41,875 nucleotides of DNA from Spirochaetia bacterium (GCA_035542615.1 DATKLB010000195.1:1-41875), one strand, 5' to 3'. Shown: positions 8,668 to 17,419, numbered from the stretch's first letter. Numbers and translations are program-made. Notes: generated by a model not told the origin, from the sequence alone.

Positions 8668-9779
8668 CCTGGCGCCGCCTTTCGTTGCGTCGGGAACGCA
8701 GGCCGTGTAAACCTGTCGATGAGGGGCGACAGGCAGTTGCCAAGAAGGATAGCCAGGGGCACACCGTCCCCCAGGGAGCCGAAGGTGCGGAGGAAAAATG
8801 TCAGCACGCCAAGGCAGAGACCGTAGGCCAGCTGACCCGTGCGGGTCAGGGGAGACGTCACGGGATCCGTCGCCATGAAGAACGCTCCCAGCACGAGGCC
8901 GCCGCCGGAGAACACCTGGAACAGCATGTTCCCGACAAACCATCCCCCGCCGGCGGGAAGGCCACCGAACACCTGTGCGGCGAGGCAGAATATCGCCAGG
9001 TACGTCACCGGCAGCTGCCAGCGGATCACCCGGCGGGACAGCAGCAGGGCCGCGCCGAGCAAGAGCAACGGAACGGAGGTCCCCCCGATGGTTCCGGAAA
9101 TGTTGCCGACAAGAAGGTCGAAACATCCGCCGGGAAGATGCCAACCGAACAGCGAAAGGACATGGGTGTTGACCCAGCCAACCACGCTGCTGTCCATCCC
9201 GCTCCAGGGGTAGCCGCTTGCACGGAGCATCTCCAGCGCTCCGCCGCGCGGTGCCCCCGCCGTCAGCGCGTTCCTGAGTGCCTCCAGCGGCGGGACAGCC
9301 GTGACTGTCGGCGCCGCGCTTCGCACGGGAAGCCAGCGGCTCATTCCGTCGCTCCAGGAAAGAAGAGCGACAACTACGCCGGCCAGGGCAGGGTTCATCC
9401 AGTTGCGGCCAAGGCCTCCGAAGCTCTGCTTCGCGACGATGATCCCGAATCCTGAAGCCGCGGCGGGGACGTAGAGCGGCACCCCGGGCGGCATCAGCAT
9501 TCCGACGAGGAGTCCGGTGACGATCGCGCTTCCGTCCCCGATCGTGACTCTCCGCGCGGCGAGGCCGGCCAGCAGCTCTGCGGCCAGAGAAGCTGCCACC
9601 GCGACGCCGAGAACGCCCAGCGCCGGCACGCCGAAGAGGAACACGCCCCACGCAGCCGCCGGGAGAAGACAGAAAGCAACGCTCCAGGACAGGCGCGCGG
9701 ATGACGCGGACCCGGTGACGTGTGGCGCGGGAGACACCACAAGCGAGGCGGGGCGAGTGTCCTGGTGCACGTCAGCCAT
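8664..9779 (-). CDS. rnfD: Rnf/Rsx complex subunit D (NqrB family)
   Basis: RnfD hallmarks are present: DGSAIVTGLL, FGGLGRNWMNPALAG, GTIGGTSVPLLLLGAALLLSRRVIRWQLP and FFMATDPVTSP. It overlaps the rnfC stop by 8 nt. Confidence 0.9.
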   Translation of the reverse strand: MADVHQDTRPASLVVSPAPHVTGSASSARLSWSVAFCLLPAAAWGVFLFGVPALGVLGVAVAASLAAELLAGLAARRVTIGDGSAIVTGLLVGMLMPPGVPLYVPAAASGFGIIVAKQSFGGLGRNWMNPALAGVVVALLSWSDGMSRWLPVRSAAPTVTAVPPLEALRNALTAGAPRGGALEMLRASGYPWSGMDSSVVGWVNTHVLSLFGWHLPGGCFDLLVGNISGTIGGTSVPLLLLGAALLLSRRVIRWQLPVTYLAIFCLAAQVFGGLPAGGGWFVGNMLFQVFSGGGLVLGAFFMATDPVTSPLTRTGQLAYGLCLGVLTFFLRTFGSLGDGVPLAILLGNCLSPLIDRFTRPAFPTQRKAAPG

Positions 9780-11118
9780 GATGCGAAGGAGCTCCTCGAC
9801 GCTTGCCCTGTCTCAGGCTCTCAACGAGGGGGATTCTGGAGGGACAGGCGTATGCGCAGCAACCGCACTCCGTGCATGAGGAAAGCCCCTCCGCGAGTGC
9901 CTGGGCGATTTCTCCACGCTCGATGAGCTTGTGCAGCCGGGTGGGCACAAGCTCCCAGGGGCATGCCTCCACGCACGCTCCGCAGCGAATGCAGGGCATT
10001 TCGGGACCCGGCCGAGCCTCGGCCCTCGTGTACGCCAGAACTCCTGACACTCCCTTTGTCACCGGGAAATCCAGGGAGGAAACGGCGACTCCCCGCATGG
10101 GACCTCCAAGGACCACCTTCCCAGGCTGCTCGAGGAAGCCGCCGCACTCTTCGAACAGATCGCCGACACGCGTGCCGATCCTCACTTTCAGCACGGAAGG
10201 CCGTCTGACAGCAGAGCCCGAAACGGTGACGGTCCTTTCGATCATCGGTCTGCCCCTGACCACGGCCTCGTAAACAGCAAAGAGTGTCGATACATTCAGT
10301 ACAACGCACTCAGCAGAGCCGTTTTCCGCTCCCCGGTCGCCGTCCGCGTCTCCCGCCTTTGCGAGCACCGCCGCCCTCACCAGGTCCTCGTGCCCCAGGG
10401 GGTAACGCGAAGGGAGCGGGACCACCTCAAACGCGCGGTCCACGTGCTCAGACGCGCGGTGAAAGAGCGGAAGGAGCTCTTCTTCCTGCGCCAGCCCGAT
10501 GGCAAGGACCATGCGGGCAGTCCCCAGGATCTTTCCGCAGATGAGCATCCCCGTCACGATTTCCGCGCTTTTCTCGCGCATCAGAAAAGTGTCGCCCTGG
10601 AGAGAGGGCTCACAGTCCAGCCCGTTGGCGATCAGCCGGGACGCGACGCGTCCCGGCTCGCGCGCAAGCTTCAGATGCGTCGGTTGAAGCCCACCCCCGA
10701 GACCGACCACGCCGGCGGAGCGGATGCGGCCTAAGAGGTCCGAGCGCGAAAGCTTTTCCCAGTCCTCGACTGCGGGAGCCTTCCCCGTCCTTTCGAACTC
10801 TCCGCCGAACTCGACAAGGGCCGCGGCGGAGACTGTCCCGTCGGCTCCGGTCGTTCTCTCCACCCGGACAACGGTTCCCGGCACTGATGAGTGCACATTC
10901 GCGGAGCGTGCCCCGTCGGCCTTTCCGATGAGCATTCCTTCCTGGACGCGATCCCCGGGGCGCACCAGGCATCGGGCAGCAGAGCCGGAGTGCTGCAGCA
11001 TTGGGATCAGGGCGAATGCCGGGATGGCGGCGTTGGAGATGCGCCGGGCTTCGGACGAAACGCTGGCCGTCGGCGAGTCTGCCCCGCCGGTCGAAGGGAA
11101 CAATCGCTGTCTTTTCAT
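9772..11118 (-). CDS. rnfC: Rnf/Rsx complex subunit C
   Basis: An N-terminal barrel-sandwich region (VRPGDRVQEGMLIGKADG..VHSSVPGTV), then GVVGLGGGLQPTHLKL. Two ferredoxin-type cluster motifs are present (CIRCGACVEACP and CTECGCCAYACP). The ATG overlaps the upstream gene's stop (ATGA, 11115-11118). Confidence 0.88.
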   Translation of the reverse strand: MKRQRLFPSTGGADSPTASVSSEARRISNAAIPAFALIPMLQHSGSAARCLVRPGDRVQEGMLIGKADGARSANVHSSVPGTVVRVERTTGADGTVSAAALVEFGGEFERTGKAPAVEDWEKLSRSDLLGRIRSAGVVGLGGGLQPTHLKLAREPGRVASRLIANGLDCEPSLQGDTFLMREKSAEIVTGMLICGKILGTARMVLAIGLAQEEELLPLFHRASEHVDRAFEVVPLPSRYPLGHEDLVRAAVLAKAGDADGDRGAENGSAECVVLNVSTLFAVYEAVVRGRPMIERTVTVSGSAVRRPSVLKVRIGTRVGDLFEECGGFLEQPGKVVLGGPMRGVAVSSLDFPVTKGVSGVLAYTRAEARPGPEMPCIRCGACVEACPWELVPTRLHKLIERGEIAQALAEGLSSCTECGCCAYACPSRIPLVESLRQGKRRGAPSHHG

Positions 11119-12779
11119 GGAACCTGGTCCCGCCGCGCCTCACCAATTAAGCGCCAAAGATTGCCGCGGATCAAGAGTCCCAGCCGGAGATCCCGGCACA
11201 AGAGCGCCAGAAGCGCGCAGAAAGCCAGCGCCGTGAACGGCAACTCCCTCGCAAGCGAGCGCGCCGGGCTCCTTACCGCTGCTCTCACCGGCCGCTCCTG
11301 CGAGAGAAGAAGGGCTTCGAGGGTGCCGGGTTGCTGACGGGACATCACGCTGGCCAGCCACGTCGAGTCGAAGGTTTTCAGAGTACGAAGTCGCGCGCTC
11401 ACGGTACCGGCCGCCGGATCCACCAGGTATTCGTCGCGATACACTCGCTCGTCCCTGACAGGGTAGTGCCACTTCCTGCCGAAGCCAATGGTCTGCTGAT
11501 ACGCCTCGTGGCCGACGAGATCCGAGAAGTCCGGCAGCCGATCGGGCGCCGATCGCCTCTGCAACCCAGCCACGGCGTCCCAGGAGAACTCCCGTATCCC
11601 GAAGAGCGGCAAGGGAGCGGGGAACGCTCCCCATCGGCCCAGGGGGATGAGAACCGTGACAGCGATGCCGAAGAGAGCAAGGGAAAGAACGCGCTGTCTT
11701 CCTTTCCCATTTCCATGGTCCGTGCGCGCTCTGAGAATCGGGACGGGCGCGAACATCCGTGTCCTGCCCCATGCGCGGGAAGCGGCCTGGAAACTCGGAG
11801 CAACGGCCAGGAGGAGCAGGGAGCAGAGAAACGGCGCGGCAGGCTGCAATGAGTCGCCGAGAGTCGAGCCAGCCAACAGGGAAAAAACGGCGAGCGAACC
11901 CGCGCCGACCGCGGCGTACAGAAACAAAGGCCAGCGCAATCTGCGAAAACCGTCGACTTTGGGTGCGGAAACCAGACGCGCCTGCAGAAGGGGAATCCAG
12001 AAGAAGAGGAGGAGCAGGCACATTGCGAGAGTCGCGGGGCCGCCCGTCATGAGTGCCGGGACCCAGAGGAGGGCCCCCGCTGCGGCAACAGAGAGGGAGC
12101 CGCGCTTTCTCCTCCATGAGCCCAGCGCCAGGATCGCCGCGCACGCCATCACCGACAGCAGGCTGACGAGCTTCTCGGCGGGGTCGAGCTCGACGAGCCG
12201 CCATCCCGTTCTGCCAGGCAGTCCCAGCGTTCCCGCCAGGGAAAGGAAGACCCTCAGAGCGCTCGAGCATGCGGGTATGTAGGCAACGTGCAGGTCAGCG
12301 TCTCCAGCCCTGACTGAGAAATAGCCTCCCATCCGATCGATGTAGGGGTCGCGACGCGGGTCCAGCGGATCAAGACGTGACGAGAGCTCGGCCAGGCGAA
12401 ATCGCACCGTCGAGGAAAAGTCATAGACGTCCGCTGTGGTCGTGTCCTCCGAAACAACACCAGCGCCCAGTCGCGCAAGGGCCCCCCTGAAGCGCTGGTC
12501 AGCGGGACCTCCGGCGCGCACCACGACCGTGTAGAAGCCACGCCATACCCGCGTCGGTTTGGGCGAGACCCAGGGAGCGAACGGCGCCCACAGGATGATC
12601 AGCCCCAGGACCGCGCCGAGGGTAGGCCAAAGCCAGCGCCGACCCTTCGTGGCGGGCTTCGGTTCCGCTTTCCGTGCGGCAGGCGCCCTGGGAGCAGGTC
12701 TTTTCGTGATACGCACAGAGCGGCGCCGCGGCGCGGCATGGCGCGACCGTGAAATGCGCGTACCCTTCGTGGTCTGCAT
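11115..12779 (-). CDS. Polytopic membrane protein of unknown function, translationally coupled to rnfC
   Basis: 554 aa. It has a Lys/Arg-rich N-terminus, a first TM (WLWPTLGAVLGLIILWAPF) and a ~150 aa soluble segment. A block of ~6 hydrophobic helices (residues ~200-370) follows, then a second soluble segment and a C-terminal TM. No motif was recognised. Confidence 0.7.
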   Translation of the reverse strand: MQTTKGTRISRSRHAAPRRRSVRITKRPAPRAPAARKAEPKPATKGRRWLWPTLGAVLGLIILWAPFAPWVSPKPTRVWRGFYTVVVRAGGPADQRFRGALARLGAGVVSEDTTTADVYDFSSTVRFRLAELSSRLDPLDPRRDPYIDRMGGYFSVRAGDADLHVAYIPACSSALRVFLSLAGTLGLPGRTGWRLVELDPAEKLVSLLSVMACAAILALGSWRRKRGSLSVAAAGALLWVPALMTGGPATLAMCLLLLFFWIPLLQARLVSAPKVDGFRRLRWPLFLYAAVGAGSLAVFSLLAGSTLGDSLQPAAPFLCSLLLLAVAPSFQAASRAWGRTRMFAPVPILRARTDHGNGKGRQRVLSLALFGIAVTVLIPLGRWGAFPAPLPLFGIREFSWDAVAGLQRRSAPDRLPDFSDLVGHEAYQQTIGFGRKWHYPVRDERVYRDEYLVDPAAGTVSARLRTLKTFDSTWLASVMSRQQPGTLEALLLSQERPVRAAVRSPARSLARELPFTALAFCALLALLCRDLRLGLLIRGNLWRLIGEARRDQVP

Positions 12780-12783
12780 GCGC

Positions 12784-13266
12784 CTACAGCGTGCAGAACG
12801 CTACCGCCAGGAAGAATCCCAGCAGGGCTCCGACAAAGACCTCCGAGACCGAGTGTCCATGGATCTCCTTCACGGGTTTGCTCCTGAGAGTATGATGTTT
12901 CGAGAGATCGCGGATGAGCTGATTGATCACGCGAGCCTGCGCGCCGGCTGCCCGCCGCACTCCCAGCGCGTCGCGAAACGTGAGGATAGCATAGAACAGG
13001 GTTATGAAGAAAAGAGTCGAGCCCACGCCTTCCACGAACCCGGCCGCCGTTGCCAGAGCCGAGACAACAGCAGAGTGGCTGCTCGGCATGCCCCCTGTCG
13101 ACCAGAAGATGTGGATGAGAGTTTCCTTTGCGCTGCGGGGCCTGTTTCGCACCAGCATGATGCAGGACTTGAGAATCTGCGCCACAAACCAGCTGGAAAA
13201 TGCAGAGAGGAACACGGGGCTGGAAAGCGCCTTCGAGAGGAGTCCAACGGCGCCGTGTGAGAGCAT
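12784..13266 (-). CDS. DUF212 / divergent PAP2 (acid phosphatase-vanadium haloperoxidase-related) membrane protein
   Basis: Only the last 160 aa of ORF 12784..13950 look real: MLSHGAVGLLSKALSSPVFL...WSTGGMPSSHSAVVSALATA...IHGHSVSEVFVGALLG. This is the GGMPSSHSA signature of that family. The stop lies 4 nt before the next gene's start. Confidence 0.8.
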   Translation of the reverse strand: MLSHGAVGLLSKALSSPVFLSAFSSWFVAQILKSCIMLVRNRPRSAKETLIHIFWSTGGMPSSHSAVVSALATAAGFVEGVGSTLFFITLFYAILTFRDALGVRRAAGAQARVINQLIRDLSKHHTLRSKPVKEIHGHSVSEVFVGALLGFFLAVAFCTL

Positions 13267-13272
13267 TCGCCG

Positions 13273-13301
13273 AGTTTCCTTGAGGCCTCTCCATTTGTCA
13301 A
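13273..13301 (-). promoter_or_regulatory. Promoter TTGACA-17-GAAACT placing the predicted TSS at the DUF212 ATG (leaderless)
   Basis: The minus strand reads TTGACA (13301-13296), aatggagaggcctcaag (17 nt), GAAACT (13278-13273), cggcga, then ATG (13266). Confidence 0.5.
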
Positions 13302-13338
13302 GGCGCGCGCTTTCGCGTCCGTGCGTCCGCGGCGCAGG

Positions 13339-13367
13339 TTGACACCCCGTTCCATCCCTTCTACTAT
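13339..13367 (+). promoter_or_regulatory. Promoter TTGACA-17-TACTAT for the mlaEFD operon
   Basis: TTGACA 13339-13344, a 17-nt spacer, then TACTAT 13362-13367. ATG 13378 is only 10 nt further and no SD is visible. Confidence 0.6.
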
Positions 13368-13377
13368 TCTGCGCGGC

Positions 13378-14160
13378 ATGGCGAGGGTCAGGAGCGAGGC
13401 CGCGGGAGAGTGGCTGCACGCCGCAAGTTCCGCGACCAGCATGTATGGCAACTTCTTCTACTGGCTTTTCCGGGAGCCCTTCCCCATTCGCCAGCTCGGC
13501 GATCAGATCGTCAATGTCATGCTGGACGCTGTCAGCGTCAACGTCGTCACCGCGATCGTCATCGGATTGATCATGGCCTGGACGGCGGGATGGAACAGCC
13601 TGAAGTTCAGCGTCGTGAACTGGTCTGGCGCGGCAACGGTCTACCTTCTGCTTTCGGAGGCGGTCACGATGTTCGGCGGCCTGATCTTTGCCGCGAAGAT
13701 CGGGACGGCCTTCACCGTGGAGATCGGCTCCATGCAGATGAGCGGTCAACTGGACGCGCTCAGGCTCATGGCCGTGGAGCCTGTCCAGCACATCGTGATA
13801 CCGCGGGTGCTTGCATCGGTCATCTGCCTCGTGTTTCTCAACATGCTCAGCCAGGGAGCGGCAATCCTTGCCTCCATGATCGCGGTGCGGTGGTGGTTCG
13901 ACATCTCGTTCACCATCTTCCTCCAGCACGTGTTCGAGGTGCTGCGTCACCCCATCCTGACGAACTCGTACATCCGATCGGCTATCATGGCATTCTTCAT
14001 CTCCATCAATGCGTGCGGCCTCGGCTTCTACTTCAACGGAGGTGCCGTGGAGCTGGGCAGGACGACGACCAAGTCGATCGTCCTCAACTTCATTGTCGTG
14101 ATCAGCATCGACTGCCTCTACGGGGTCATGGATCAGCTCACCGGCTGGAGCGCGATTTGA
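13378..14160 (+). CDS. mlaE: MlaE-family ABC transporter permease
   Basis: ORF 13321..14160 trimmed to the first ATG after the promoter. It shows the multi-pass MlaE/Ttg2B pattern (REPFPIRQLGDQIV..., GAAKIGTAFTVEIGSMQMSGQLDALRLMAVEP, ...KSIVLNFIVVISIDC). Confidence 0.82.
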   Translation: MARVRSEAAGEWLHAASSATSMYGNFFYWLFREPFPIRQLGDQIVNVMLDAVSVNVVTAIVIGLIMAWTAGWNSLKFSVVNWSGAATVYLLLSEAVTMFGGLIFAAKIGTAFTVEIGSMQMSGQLDALRLMAVEPVQHIVIPRVLASVICLVFLNMLSQGAAILASMIAVRWWFDISFTIFLQHVFEVLRHPILTNSYIRSAIMAFFISINACGLGFYFNGGAVELGRTTTKSIVLNFIVVISIDCLYGVMDQLTGWSAI

Positions 14161-14915
14161 TCCGCATCCGCGACCTGACCTTCGCCTTCCCCGAAAGGCC
14201 GGTCCTGTGGGGTCTGAGCCTGACGATCGAGGAGTCCCTCACGACCGTCGTGGTCGGGAGGAGCGGCATCGGCAAGTCGGTCTTGTTGAAGTGCATCACG
14301 GGCCTCCTCGCTCCCCAGTCGGGAAGCATCACGATCGACGGGGAAGAGGTCGTCGGCGCCGAGAAGAAGGACCTCCTGCGCATCCGGCGCAAGACGGGAA
14401 TGCTCTTCCAGGAGGGGGCGTTGTTCGATTCCCTGACCGTGTTCGAGAACGTGGCCTTCCCCCTTTCCTACCACAAGCTGTATCCGGCGGACGAGATCGC
14501 CCGGAAGGTCCAGGACTACCTCGAGCTGGTCGGCATGGCGGACTATGCGCAGGCCATGCCGCGGGAGCTCTCGGGCGGCATGAAGCGAAAGGTCGCTGTC
14601 GCTCGCGCCATGATCCTCGAGCCGCGCTACCTGCTGTATGACGAGCCAACGGCAGGCCTTGATCCGTCTTCCGCCGCGGTTGTGGAAGCCATGATCATGC
14701 GGCTGCAGGCGGAGCGTTCCATTACGTCGCTGGTGGTCACCCATGACATCGACCTCACCCGCTACGTCGCCGACAGGATCGCTCTTCTGGAGGACGGACA
14801 CATCGTTGCCTTGATGCCCCGTGACGAGGCGTTCCACCCGGGCTCTCCGGTGTACGAGCACTTCATCGAGAGCCGCGAACGAATCAGGCAGGAGAAAGTC
14901 AGTGAAGTCCAATAG
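14157..14915 (+). CDS. mlaF: MlaF-like ABC transporter ATP-binding protein
   Basis: This is the C-terminal part of ORF 13410..14915. Walker A is GRSGIGKS, the signature is LSGGMKRKVAVARA, Walker B is LLYDEPTAGLD and the H-loop is VVTHD. The only plausible in-frame start is TTG 14157, overlapping the mlaE TGA (TTGA); the start is uncertain. Confidence 0.82.
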   Translation: MIRIRDLTFAFPERPVLWGLSLTIEESLTTVVVGRSGIGKSVLLKCITGLLAPQSGSITIDGEEVVGAEKKDLLRIRRKTGMLFQEGALFDSLTVFENVAFPLSYHKLYPADEIARKVQDYLELVGMADYAQAMPRELSGGMKRKVAVARAMILEPRYLLYDEPTAGLDPSSAAVVEAMIMRLQAERSITSLVVTHDIDLTRYVADRIALLEDGHIVALMPRDEAFHPGSPVYEHFIESRERIRQEKVSEVQ

Positions 14916-15840
14916 AATCGTGCGCGTCATTGTCATCATCATCGTCGCTCTTGCAACCTCCGTTTTTCTCTACTTGCTCATCAACAACTTCCAGTTCAGC
15001 CGCGGCGTCTCGATTCGCGTCCATTTCACCAACATTGGAGACCTGAACACCGGCGCCTGGGTCAGGAAGGCGGGGATCAAGGTCGGCTCCGTCACCGGGC
15101 TCACCCCGGCAGAGGACGAGAAAACCGTCATCGTGAAGTTGACCTTCCGTCCCGGGCAGATCGTCCGCGTCACGGACAAGTTCTCGATTGTCGCAAAGGG
15201 TATCCTCGGGGATGTCTATATCGAGCAGCTGGCGGGCCCCAAGTCCTCAGCCCTCGCGCAGGAGGGACAGCTGTTCGAAGGGCAGCCTTTTTTCAGCATC
15301 TCCGATCTCCTCGGCGGAGACACCATGGGGATGGTGTCGGATGTGGCATCCGGCATCAAGGACATCGTTGCCCTGCTCAAGAAGAACGAGGGGTCCCTGG
15401 ACAGCTCGATCCGCGACATACAGAAAACAGCGGAGAACGTGAGGATCGTCACGGACCGGGCCGTCCGCCTGACGGACTCGGTTCCCGACCTCTCAGGCCA
15501 GATCACGACCTCGATGGATCAGCTCCAGGCAACGGTGAACGATGTCGCAGCCACCACCCATCGGCTGGTTGCCAGGATGGAAACCAACCTCGGGACGAGC
15601 TCCGACGACCTCGCGGCCTCGATGAAGAGCATCCGCAAGACCTCGCAGGACATCCAGGGAGCGGTCGACGCGCTCACGGCGCAGAAGTCTGTTCTCTCAA
15701 CGCTCAGCTCGCCCCAGGTCTCGCAGAGCCTTGACGCCACGGTGAAAAACCTCGAAGAGATCTCCAAGAGTCTCCTTGCCGTATCCCGGGACACTGAAAA
15801 GATTGTCCAGGGAGTTCGCGTCATCATCGAGCAGAAGTAA
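14902..15840 (+). CDS. mlaD: MlaD / MCE-domain substrate-binding protein
   Basis: GTG 14902 is preceded by GGAGAAAG. An N-terminal TM (IVRVIVIIIVALATSVFLYLLI) is followed by an MCE fold (VHFTNIGDLNTGAWVRKAGIKVGSVTGL) and a long helical tail. It overlaps mlaF by 14 nt. Confidence 0.8.
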   Translation: MKSNRIVRVIVIIIVALATSVFLYLLINNFQFSRGVSIRVHFTNIGDLNTGAWVRKAGIKVGSVTGLTPAEDEKTVIVKLTFRPGQIVRVTDKFSIVAKGILGDVYIEQLAGPKSSALAQEGQLFEGQPFFSISDLLGGDTMGMVSDVASGIKDIVALLKKNEGSLDSSIRDIQKTAENVRIVTDRAVRLTDSVPDLSGQITTSMDQLQATVNDVAATTHRLVARMETNLGTSSDDLAASMKSIRKTSQDIQGAVDALTAQKSVLSTLSSPQVSQSLDATVKNLEEISKSLLAVSRDTEKIVQGVRVIIEQK

Positions 15841-15874
15841 ACAGTGCCACCGCGGCCCAGCCCCCCGCCGTGCT

Positions 15875-15902
15875 GTTGACAAACTGTACGTATACGTATA
15901 TC
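15875..15902 (+). promoter_or_regulatory. Promoter TTGACA-16-TATATC for the radical-SAM gene, with an embedded palindrome
   Basis: TTGACA 15875-15880 and TATATC 15897-15902. The spacer and -10 contain the perfect 12-bp palindrome TACGTATACGTA (15887-15898). A ~50 nt leader follows, with RBS GGAGAGAGG before ATG 15953. Confidence 0.55.
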
Positions 15903-15952
15903 TTGATCGTCAATTGAACCTAACCGAATACCTGCATACAGGAGAGAGGCCA

Positions 15953-17362
15953 ATGATCAGACGAATCACCATGATCGAGCCGAAGAACGATCACCTGCAT
16001 ATCTATTCCCAGTACGAGCTGCCCCGGCTGGGAGGAGTTCTCCTTGCGACGATCATGAAGCAGAAGGGATACCAGGCGGAAGCGCTTTTCATGGGAAGCC
16101 GGGAGTTGCTGGCCCGGCAGACGGAGACTGACCTCGTGGGCATCTCCACGATAACATCGACAGCTCGCAGCGCCTACGAGCTCGGAGACTCGTTTCGCGC
16201 AAAGGGGATACCCGTCGTCTACGGAGGTCCGCATGCAACGTTCCTCCCCGAAGAGGCTCTCCAGCACGGAGACTACGTGATCGCAGGCGAAGGGGAAACC
16301 GGCCTGCCGCTGCTTGCCGACGCCCTGAGCGGCGGAGGAGCGCTTGCCGCGGTGCCGGGGCTGGTCTGGAAAGAAGGCGGTGTCACTCGCCGCAATCCGC
16401 TCGCCCCTCCAATCGAGGACCTCGACTCGCTTCCCTTTCCCGATTTCTCGCTCCTCGACATGGGGTCCCGCACAAAGATGGGAATTCAGGGTCCCGGCAG
16501 ATCGACGATTCCCATGCAGACGTCCCGAGGCTGCCCGTTCGACTGCACGTTCTGTTCGGTGACGGGCATGTTCGGCAGGCGATACCGCCATCGATCGACA
16601 GAGAGCGTCATCGCGGAACTGTCCCAGTACGATCCGAGAGAGAAGATCATCTTTTTCTACGATGACAACTTCACGGCAAATCCCCGAAAGACAAAAGAGC
16701 TCCTGCAGGAGATGATCCGCCGCCGGCTTGGGTTCGAGTGGTCGACGCAGGTACGATCCGACGTGGCCCGCGACCGGGAAATGCTCGACCTGATGGTCCA
16801 GGCAGGATGCACATCGGTGTATGTCGGCTTCGAATCGGTGGATCCGCAGGCGCTTCGAGAAATGAAGAAAAGCCAGTCCGTGGATGACATCCGCTTCGCC
16901 ATCCGCGAGATCAGGCGGCGAGGCGTCCACGTCCACGGCATGTTCGTCTTCGGGTTCGACTCCGACACGCCCGAGAGCGCCCGGGCCACGGTGGACTTCG
17001 CCCTTGCGGAAAAAGTCGACACCGTGCAGTTCATGATCCTGACCCCCCTTCCCGGGTCCGGGTTCTACGCGAGAATGCTTGCAGAGGGCAGGCTCATCGA
17101 CACGCAGTGGGAAACCTTCGACGCCCACCATGTGAAGTTCGTCCCCAAGCGGTTCACACCCTGGGAGCTTCAGAGGGCGCAGATCGACGCGCACTCCCGG
17201 TTCTACTCCCTTGTGCACGTGGCCGCCCGACTTCTGCGGGGAAGGCTCGGGGGATTCCTGGTGGGGATATACGCCCACGCGTTGAACAGGCGTTGGCAGC
17301 GTCAGGAACGCGACTACCTCGCGTGGCTGCGCCGCCTGAACCTCGTGCCAGCCCCCGCCTGA
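15953..17362 (+). CDS. B12-binding-domain radical SAM protein
   Basis: ORF trimmed to ATG 15953. The N-terminal Rossmann-like B12 domain reads DLVGISTITSTARSAYELGDSFRAKGIPVVYGGPH. The radical-SAM cluster motif is SRGCPFDCTFCSV. A C-terminal helical extension is present. Confidence 0.85.
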   Translation: MIRRITMIEPKNDHLHIYSQYELPRLGGVLLATIMKQKGYQAEALFMGSRELLARQTETDLVGISTITSTARSAYELGDSFRAKGIPVVYGGPHATFLPEEALQHGDYVIAGEGETGLPLLADALSGGGALAAVPGLVWKEGGVTRRNPLAPPIEDLDSLPFPDFSLLDMGSRTKMGIQGPGRSTIPMQTSRGCPFDCTFCSVTGMFGRRYRHRSTESVIAELSQYDPREKIIFFYDDNFTANPRKTKELLQEMIRRRLGFEWSTQVRSDVARDREMLDLMVQAGCTSVYVGFESVDPQALREMKKSQSVDDIRFAIREIRRRGVHVHGMFVFGFDSDTPESARATVDFALAEKVDTVQFMILTPLPGSGFYARMLAEGRLIDTQWETFDAHHVKFVPKRFTPWELQRAQIDAHSRFYSLVHVAARLLRGRLGGFLVGIYAHALNRRWQRQERDYLAWLRRLNLVPAPA

Positions 17363-17410
17363 CGCCGAAGGGCCGACGACCTTATCGCCGGATTGGCCTT
17401 CTGTTCCGCA

Positions 17411-17419
17411 TGGTATATT
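17411..17419 (+). promoter_or_regulatory. Extended -10 element TGgTATATT upstream of the P-loop gene
   Basis: TGGTATATT lies at 17411-17419. An in-frame TTG sits exactly 7 nt downstream (17426) and the first ATG is at 17447. Confidence 0.4.

Noticed and set aside
8661-8670. Checked whether a short rnfG could be hidden between rnfD and rnfE, or fused to either.
   Set aside because: The stop and start overlap (ATGA). RnfD and RnfE lengths are accounted for by their own family regions plus a Pro-rich loop. There is no FMN-binding-domain-like segment.
12784-13950. The 388-aa longest ORF for the DUF212 gene, and other long N-terminal extensions (5295..7451, 7346..8023, 7939..9651, 25981..27060, 609..2273).
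   Set aside because: The extensions run through promoters or upstream genes and are compositionally aberrant. Internal ATGs coincide with family N-termini, signal peptides or ATGA couplings, so I trimmed the ORFs.
15911-15921. The TTGATCGTCAA quasi-palindrome in the radical-SAM leader.
   Set aside because: It has only 4 + 4 matching positions with a mismatched centre, which is within chance expectation.
16952-16963. A GGGTTCGACTCC T-loop-like word suggesting a tRNA.
   Set aside because: It lies inside the radical-SAM coding frame (FGFDSD). The flanks cannot form a T-stem or an acceptor stem.
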